Source: Saprospiraceae bacterium (lineage in GTDB: Bacteria; Bacteroidota; Bacteroidia; Chitinophagales; Saprospiraceae). Taken from it: a DNA stretch of 38,146 bases. Positions 32,160-38,146 of the stretch are shown here, in pieces. Under the pieces are notes generated by a model. That model searched no databases. It saw nothing but the letters and a program-made list of their open reading frames with translations, and was not told the origin of the DNA. Made by a program: the position numbers and the translations under genes. Location of the stretch: positions 1 through 38,146 of the forward strand of contig JAYSTG010000188.1 of NCBI GenBank assembly GCA_043719965.1, in the 5' to 3' direction. Each line of letters begins with the position of its first letter. The first letter of the stretch is position 1.

Positions 32160-34871
32160 TCAAAATTTGAATAGATTTTCAAACCCCGTAGCTATGCCGA
32201 ATCGAATTGCAAAATCATGATACTTGGCATTTTTCCAGGAAGTCACGGCTTCTATGCGTAAAAATCGAAATAAATAATTTATACTATATCCTAGCTCTCC
32301 ATACATAGGATTTTGTTTGGTACTCAAAGCATTCAAGATGATATTTTCACGAATACCTTTTCTTCGCACCCAGGGTGATGTAGTAAATAAAAATCTTCGA
32401 AACTGATAATTGCTTAATAAAGATGCATAATGTCGATCAGTACTGTATTGAAAATAATCGAGCATCCTAAAATATTTATTAGGATCTGTTGGTGAGAAAA
32501 TATATTGATTACCTGGAAAGTGTACAAAATCATGAAAAAAAGTAGGTCGATGACCAGAAGGAATATATCCTCCAGACAAGGTATAATCAAAGTCATCTCC
32601 AGCACCTATGTGGATATGATGTATTATTCCAAGACTGAGCTTATCAAATTGACTGGAACCTAAATCCCATCCTCTGCTATATTGTATAGTAAAAACAGGG
32701 GACATGGATCGATCTTCAGTTTTATATCCATTTTGAGCTTTAATGGTGTAGAATGGAGTCCACTTTACTTCGAAATTTGAGATGAAAGCCTTGTTTGAAT
32801 TTACATTTACAGGATCATCATCCAGCAACTCAGGGGTATTAGATGAATAATCTTTTTGCTTATAAAAATAACTATGGTTGGTCGTATTGGCAAGTTCATG
32901 ACGGTCCGCCCATTCTAGTGATGCTGTGACATGAGTTGATTTATTTGCCTTTATAGTAAATGCTGTGCGAAAGAAATTCTTATCGTATAATTTTAAATAA
33001 TTTTTCTTAAATAGTAATGAATGAGTCGTGTTTAAAATGGAATTAATAGGAAGCTGTTTGTTAAACGATTCTGCATACTGTCCTCCTGCAACACGCCAAG
33101 ACCAGGGATGTTTAAATTGTTTAGTTTCATTTCTAAAAAGTGTTCCTGTCACTTGATAATTTAAGTCCTTTCGTGAAAAGGCATATAGTATATCCGGTTG
33201 GAGTTTCCATTGTATCGGTTTCGTTTTGCTTGCACGGTTTCCAAATTCTGAGATTAAAGCAACTCTGTAACCATCGACCGTATTAAAATTAAGGGTGGTT
33301 AAAGTTGGATATATTTTAAAATAATTCTGCTTATCATTAAAATTATAAGATCCACCCGTGATAAGATGTTGTAGCTTGAATCCTTTGTTTACTTTATTTA
33401 TCGTCATATCAGTTCCTCCAGATCCTATATTAATAGTAAGGGATGATGAGTCTTTTTTGGATTCTTTTTTCTTTTGGTCTGCAGCGGCTTGTTTTTTAAC
33501 TACGCTATCCAATCTGGAATATCCTTTGATTTCATGACTAGTTAATGGGACAGGCCTTACTTCTGTCCAATAAACAGAATCCCTACGATTGGCCAACGAG
33601 TCAATGACTTGTTGGCTTTCATGAAACACAGTAGCGGTATCACGATTTGGTAGTTTTTCCTTCTCTTGTTTATCATACTCCTTCATCATTTTACGGAGTT
33701 GTTTTGCACTTAGTTCTTGGCCGGGATTCAAGCTTTTTAAATTAAAGGGATCAGCATTTTTTTGTATCACCGCGTTAGCAGCCAATGATTCTTCTTTGTT
33801 CAATTTGTCATCCAAGACGACGATAGGCAATTGAACATCAGGATTGAGTGTGATCTTATAATCTGATACGTGTGCCAGATATTTATAAGAAAACCCAAAT
33901 CCAAAAACATCCCCTTTGACATCATAAATTTGATCGATAGGCATCCACACATCGGTTTGAACAGGAGAAAAAACCTGTTTGATACTAAATTGGATTCCCC
34001 AAATAGAGGTGATGAGGTCCAGACTATGAATACTCCATACCTGGTCGGTGATATAAAGCAAGCCTTCAAAGACTTGGTCACCTCGACCCCGTGGTGTCAC
34101 TTTAATCTTATTGATGACAGCTCCGTGATCTTCAATGTAACCAAGGTATTCGAATTTATAAATCTGAAAAGCATTAGGAGCCAATGGAGAGACAGACCCT
34201 GACACTTTAGGATCGTAAAAACTGCTATAAACAAAACTCATCGGACTGGTATTATTATCCTCTCCAGTCGCGCGCATCGATATGACTGTATCCTTATACT
34301 GACCAGGTCGCTTGTAATTAAGCCTGGACACGGATTCTTGAGTAAAAGCTACGGTAGAGTCAATCCCTTCTTTAGCTAGTTCTTTTTTAATTTTATTTTT
34401 AAATAAAAAGGGCACTTTGAGAATTCTCCCACTTCCTTTGATATATACCCGTGCTTTATAAGCGTTGATTTGATTGGCATGGTAGGATGCTTTTCCGATG
34501 GCTCGACGCATTATGGTGTAGGCAGGATCTTCTTTTTGTCCGTCAATCACCACGGTAGGTAATGAAAGTGATTCCTGCGTCATCCTGAAATTTAAAGTAA
34601 GAACACTAGATCCTAACGTAATAGTTGTATCAATAGTCCTAAAACCCACATATTGTATTCTGATCTTGGAATTACCGTCTTCGAGCTGTAATTGATAATA
34701 ACCCTCTTGGTTGGAAACAGCTCCTAGTTCAGAGTTTCGGACCATAATAGATGCATAAGGCAATGGCTCACCTTGAATATCTATTATGCGTCCCTTTAAT
34801 GTCTGTGAAAATGAAGTAATATATATTGCTGAGAAAAAAATAAAGGACAATCCAAAGCGGGACAAGATCAT
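32160..34871 (-). CDS. DUF5686 family outer-membrane protein with an N-terminal carboxypeptidase-regulatory-like domain
   Basis: Signal peptide, then LKGRIIDIQGEPLPYASIMVRNSELGAVSNQEGYYQLQL (CarboxypepD_reg-like). The remainder is long and beta-rich, ending in an aromatic residue (...ENLFKF) as in beta-barrel OMPs. Confidence 0.75.
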   Translation of the reverse strand: MILSRFGLSFIFFSAIYITSFSQTLKGRIIDIQGEPLPYASIMVRNSELGAVSNQEGYYQLQLEDGNSKIRIQYVGFRTIDTTITLGSSVLTLNFRMTQESLSLPTVVIDGQKEDPAYTIMRRAIGKASYHANQINAYKARVYIKGSGRILKVPFLFKNKIKKELAKEGIDSTVAFTQESVSRLNYKRPGQYKDTVISMRATGEDNNTSPMSFVYSSFYDPKVSGSVSPLAPNAFQIYKFEYLGYIEDHGAVINKIKVTPRGRGDQVFEGLLYITDQVWSIHSLDLITSIWGIQFSIKQVFSPVQTDVWMPIDQIYDVKGDVFGFGFSYKYLAHVSDYKITLNPDVQLPIVVLDDKLNKEESLAANAVIQKNADPFNLKSLNPGQELSAKQLRKMMKEYDKQEKEKLPNRDTATVFHESQQVIDSLANRRDSVYWTEVRPVPLTSHEIKGYSRLDSVVKKQAAADQKKKESKKDSSSLTINIGSGGTDMTINKVNKGFKLQHLITGGSYNFNDKQNYFKIYPTLTTLNFNTVDGYRVALISEFGNRASKTKPIQWKLQPDILYAFSRKDLNYQVTGTLFRNETKQFKHPWSWRVAGGQYAESFNKQLPINSILNTTHSLLFKKNYLKLYDKNFFRTAFTIKANKSTHVTASLEWADRHELANTTNHSYFYKQKDYSSNTPELLDDDPVNVNSNKAFISNFEVKWTPFYTIKAQNGYKTEDRSMSPVFTIQYSRGWDLGSSQFDKLSLGIIHHIHIGAGDDFDYTLSGGYIPSGHRPTFFHDFVHFPGNQYIFSPTDPNKYFRMLDYFQYSTDRHYASLLSNYQFRRFLFTTSPWVRRKGIRENIILNALSTKQNPMYGELGYSINYLFRFLRIEAVTSWKNAKYHDFAIRFGIATGFENLFKF

Positions 34872-35022
34872 ATTTAAAATTTATTCGAAACTATGAGCTT
34901 TAAGACTATTCCAGCTGGTAATTCGACCAAATCAGCTTCTAGAATAGACAAATGTTCATATTCGTCGATACCACCCTCAGTTACATACTATCCTGGCATA
35001 CATAAAACGTTTAATTTCGTGT

Positions 35023-37230
35023 ATGCATTTTAGGATCTATTGGTTAAGCTTATTAATATTATTCCAAAGTTTGGGATTTGCACAGCGATTTAATACCTTA
35101 TCACCTGAAGTCAGAGTAGGGAATAGGACGGTGCTTTATCCATGGACTGGAGGGTTCAATACACCTCAGATCTTGAATGTAGATTTTAACCAAGATGAAA
35201 AACAGGATGTAATAGTATTTGATAGAAGTGGAGGGGTGTGGATGCCTTTTATTTGGGATGGTAGCTTAATTTATTCACCCAAAGACAAGTTCAGATTCCC
35301 AAAGATCAAAGAGTGGGCCTCGATGAAAGACTATAATGGAGATGGCCATGCTGATATATTTGCCTATTCTTCCACTCCAGGCCTTGCAGGCATAGAAGTA
35401 TACGATGCTGTTGGAGGAACTACAGGCTTGAGTTTTGTAAAACATATTTTTCAAGGAGATCGGGCGAATATTTTATTTTATACCTCTGGAACTAGTAGGC
35501 TCAATGCTTATGTAAGTAGTATAGATTACCCTGCGATTGAAGATATCGATCGAGATGGAGATGTAGATATACTCAGTTATGAACCCGGTGGTAGTCAAAT
35601 CATATGGTATAAAAACCTGCAGGCAGATAAAAAATTACCGCGACAATCTTTTGATTTGGTGATAGGCGATTTCTGTTTTGGAAAGATACTTGAAGATGGA
35701 CTTTCGGAAAAAATAACCTTAAGCAAAACTAAAGATAAATGTGCCTCTGGTTTGGCTTCTGGAATAGAAGTTCGACATGCAGGGTCTACACTTTTGGCTT
35801 TTGATCGCGACGGGGATCGCGATTATGATTTGATGGTTGGCGATATTTCTTCTTCAGGTTTGATCTATTTAAGAAATGGAGGTGATACACTTATGGCATA
35901 TATGGATGACCAAGAGATCAAATTTCCTACTAATTCGGTTGCCGTTGATCTTCCTTATTTTGTGACTCCATTCGTAGCAGATGTCAATAATGACGGAATA
36001 AAAGAATTTTTTGCTGGTTCCAATTTTCAATTTGGCTCAGATAATTTTCACTGTTTATGGCGTTATGATAGGGTACCTAGCAATCCTCAGAATTATAAAT
36101 ATAATACCAATGTATTCTTAGTAGATCAGACGATAGATTTTGGAGAAAATACTTATCCGACACTTGCAGATGTGACAGGAGATGGATTACTCGATATCGT
36201 AGTAGGAACCGGTGGCTTTTTTGACCGGAGTGGGATACATGATGCTTCAATTGTTTTATTCAAAAATATAGGTACTGGTAGAAAACCGGCATTTCAACTC
36301 ATTGATAGTAATTGGTTAGACTTTAAAAGATTTAATGGAGAGACCAATAGTTTTGCTCCGGCTTTTGGTGATATGGACGGAGATGGAGACCTAGATTTAG
36401 TGGTGGGAGAACTGCTTGGACATCTATACGGTGTTGAAAATATTGGAGGTAAGAACAAACCTATGACTTTTGGTCCTATACGAACCGAATACAGCAAAAT
36501 TGACATCGGACAATATGCTGCTCCTCAATTGGAAGACCTGGACCTTGACGGATTGATAGATCTGATCGTCGGTGAACGCGATGGGGTAATCAATTTTTTT
36601 AAGAATACAGGTACCGTAAATGCACCGTTATTTTCATCTTCTCCTACTATAGGCAATTTAGGCGCTATTGATACTAGAGTAACTGGTTTTGCGACGGGAA
36701 ATGCAACTCCTTTTTTTATTAAAAGTCAAAAAAATCGACTACTTGCCGTAGGCACTAGTGGCAAAGACTTACTGCTTTATGATCAACCTTCAGCGAGTGC
36801 CATTGCTTTCAAGTTATCTGCTGAAAATTGGGGCGCTATCCATGAAGGGGATGAATCTCACCCAGCGATAGCCGATATAGATCAGGATGGTTCCTTGGAT
36901 GTATTGGTGGGTAATCAGCGTGGGGGATTGGCTTGGTACCAGACTGATCTTCCAAGTGATTTTAGTACTTTGGTTAAAGTAGAATATTCTAGACTTAACT
37001 TGAGAATTTTTCCTAATCCTTCCTCAGATTATTGTTTGATTTCTACAGCAGGAATCATTCCAAGAGGAGAATTGAGGGTCTATGACCTGAGTGGTAAACT
37101 GATGAGTACTCAGCCATTTTCTGGCAAAAGTCAGTCTGTAGATCTGACTGCCCTTGCGTCGGGCGTATATCACCTCATATTAAGTACGGTCCATAAAAAA
37201 TATCATCAGAAACTGATCGTTCAACATTGA
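35023..37230 (+). CDS. FG-GAP/VCBS-repeat beta-propeller protein with a T9SS C-terminal sorting domain
   Basis: Signal peptide. At least 8 Ca-binding-like repeats (DYNGDGHADIF, DIDRDGDVDIL, DVTGDGLLDIVVG, DMDGDGDLDLVVGE, DLDLDGLIDLIVGE, DIDQDGSLDVLVGN...). The C-terminal RIFPNPSSDY...VYDLSGKLM...SGVYHLIL resembles a T9SS CTD. Confidence 0.85.
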   Translation: MHFRIYWLSLLILFQSLGFAQRFNTLSPEVRVGNRTVLYPWTGGFNTPQILNVDFNQDEKQDVIVFDRSGGVWMPFIWDGSLIYSPKDKFRFPKIKEWASMKDYNGDGHADIFAYSSTPGLAGIEVYDAVGGTTGLSFVKHIFQGDRANILFYTSGTSRLNAYVSSIDYPAIEDIDRDGDVDILSYEPGGSQIIWYKNLQADKKLPRQSFDLVIGDFCFGKILEDGLSEKITLSKTKDKCASGLASGIEVRHAGSTLLAFDRDGDRDYDLMVGDISSSGLIYLRNGGDTLMAYMDDQEIKFPTNSVAVDLPYFVTPFVADVNNDGIKEFFAGSNFQFGSDNFHCLWRYDRVPSNPQNYKYNTNVFLVDQTIDFGENTYPTLADVTGDGLLDIVVGTGGFFDRSGIHDASIVLFKNIGTGRKPAFQLIDSNWLDFKRFNGETNSFAPAFGDMDGDGDLDLVVGELLGHLYGVENIGGKNKPMTFGPIRTEYSKIDIGQYAAPQLEDLDLDGLIDLIVGERDGVINFFKNTGTVNAPLFSSSPTIGNLGAIDTRVTGFATGNATPFFIKSQKNRLLAVGTSGKDLLLYDQPSASAIAFKLSAENWGAIHEGDESHPAIADIDQDGSLDVLVGNQRGGLAWYQTDLPSDFSTLVKVEYSRLNLRIFPNPSSDYCLISTAGIIPRGELRVYDLSGKLMSTQPFSGKSQSVDLTALASGVYHLILSTVHKKYHQKLIVQH

Positions 37231-37465
37231 TCCTCGTCATTTACTTGAACCTAATAGAGACCAAAATCAGACTGATCAAAGAAAATAAAAATCCCAGGAT
37301 AGATAAAATAAAAGTAATCCAGTAGGTTTTGATCCTTTACTGGGTAAATCGAAGTCGGGCTACTGTCAATTCATCTTCTAGATTATTTTCTTACTGAGCA
37401 TCTTTATCTCTGGATACTTTAAACTTTTTTTCATTTTGTTTGAGATATTCAAGAAAGCCTCCCTG

Positions 37466-37687
37466 TCACATCCAGAATTTACCATAGTTAGTAATTTCTA
37501 TCACTGTTTTCTTATCGTCAATATACTTTGTCAGTTTTTCATCGATGAGTTCATCCGCATAGATTTTGCATGCCTTCAGGTGACTTTCTTCTTTTTTAAA
37601 GAGTTCAAAGCAAATGTCATATAAGGCTATTTTTTCAGTTTTGTATGCTGCTTCAAGTACTTTAGAGATGGCTTCTTCACGAATCAT
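37466..37687 (-). CDS. small hypothetical protein (73 aa), downstream of mqnD
   Basis: ATG ORF beginning 12 nt after the mqnD stop on the same strand. No family recognised. See the finding on the in-frame continuation past its TGA stop. Confidence 0.45.
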   Translation of the reverse strand: MIREEAISKVLEAAYKTEKIALYDICFELFKKEESHLKACKIYADELIDEKLTKYIDDKKTVIEITNYGKFWM

Positions 37688-37699
37688 AAATGTTTAATA

Positions 37700-38146
37700 C
37701 TAGTTTTTTGAGAATAAAAATTCAATAGCATTACGGCCTACCACTCCCATAGAAAGACTGAATGGGGTTACGTAAAGCGCGATATGTTGTTGTACGATAT
37801 GGGCTTCCATTTCTTGAGCATGTTGGAGGATATAAGGTTGAGATATCTTTGGGTGGTCAAAAGCGTATTGTACACTGCTGTGTATACATTCATTAAGTTG
37901 AAGTTTTATTTCAGCAGGAATATTTTTTCTGCATACCAATATACCTAGTGGAATGGGGAGGTCATAAGCTTCTTCCCATTTCGACCCCAGATCAGCAATT
38001 AGATGCAGACCTCTTTTTTCATAGGTAAATCTCCCTTCATGTATCAATACCCCCATATCTACTTCGCCACTTAAAATTGCAGATTCTATTTCAGTAAAGA
38101 TTTTAAAACGCTTTTCTTTATTTTTTTTGAAAAAATGATTGAACAA
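37700..38146 (-). CDS. mqnD: 1,4-dihydroxy-6-naphthoate synthase (futalosine menaquinone pathway), C-terminal part; the 5' end lies outside the window
   Basis: GEVDMGVLIHEGRFTYEKRGLHLIADLGSKWEE...PIPLGILVCRK matches the MqnD branch of the VitK2_biosynth (MqnA/MqnD) family. The ORF runs off the right edge; the track's 'M' is a TTG inside the frame. Confidence 0.75.
   Translation of the reverse strand: MFNHFFKKNKEKRFKIFTEIESAILSGEVDMGVLIHEGRFTYEKRGLHLIADLGSKWEEAYDLPIPLGILVCRKNIPAEIKLQLNECIHSSVQYAFDHPKISQPYILQHAQEMEAHIVQQHIALYVTPFSLSMGVVGRNAIEFLFSKN

Noticed and set aside
1-38146. Search for CRISPR arrays, tRNA/rRNA genes, integrases or transposases, reverse transcriptases, and long direct or inverted repeats flanking the TA pair.
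   Set aside because: None were found by eye. No ORF carries recombinase, transposase or RT motifs. The intergenic regions are short (mostly under 210 nt) and contain no spaced repeat structure. The flanks of the TA module show no obvious direct repeats.

Overview
This window looks like ordinary chromosome from a Bacteroidota bacterium. The lineage call rests on two cargo proteins with T9SS C-terminal sorting domains, BatA-N, DUF4199 and DUF5686 family proteins, TAnnTTTG -7 promoter boxes, and no Shine-Dalgarno sites. I found no rRNA, tRNA, CRISPR array, integrase, transposase or phage genes.

Gene content from left to right:
- nt 1-534: the 3' end of an SF1 (Upf1/DNA2-like) helicase, followed by an orphan 67-aa ORF and a convergent DUF697-SHOCT gene.
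- nt 12259 down to 1662, minus strand: a 12-gene co-directional block. It reads BatA-N/vWA-like membrane protein, degenerate dihydroorotase-like protein, DUF4199, GT2 polyprenyl-phosphate glycosyltransferase, GT4, the complete GDP-D-glycero-alpha-D-manno-heptose pathway (hddA, gmhA, hddC, gmhB), a cysteine-less thioredoxin-fold protein, a RidA-family protein and queE.
- nt 12415-14396, plus strand: a CbpA-like J-protein followed by an Xre/DUF2384-RES toxin-antitoxin pair.
- A Tat-signal class-V PLP enzyme.
- A 1097-aa secreted protein built as cupredoxin + six tandem CHRD domains + T9SS sorting domain.
- A HAD phosphatase and glutamate synthase gltBD.
- A tight operon of a 516-aa uncharacterised helical protein, an APC permease and proC, then a second APC/CAT permease.
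- DinB, a DUF5686 outer-membrane protein, an FG-GAP/T9SS protein, a 73-aa ORF and the 3' part of mqnD.

I did not find a clear-cut novel multi-gene system. The items most worth follow-up are:
- the cupredoxin-6xCHRD-T9SS protein;
- the catalytically degenerate dihydroorotase-like gene embedded in the envelope-glycosylation operon;
- the TA pair wedged directly behind a J-domain co-chaperone;
- the 516-aa protein coupled to the permease and proC;
- a recurrent promoter layout with the -7 box only 4-7 nt from the start codon.

All family assignments come from motifs read in the supplied translations. No database search was possible.
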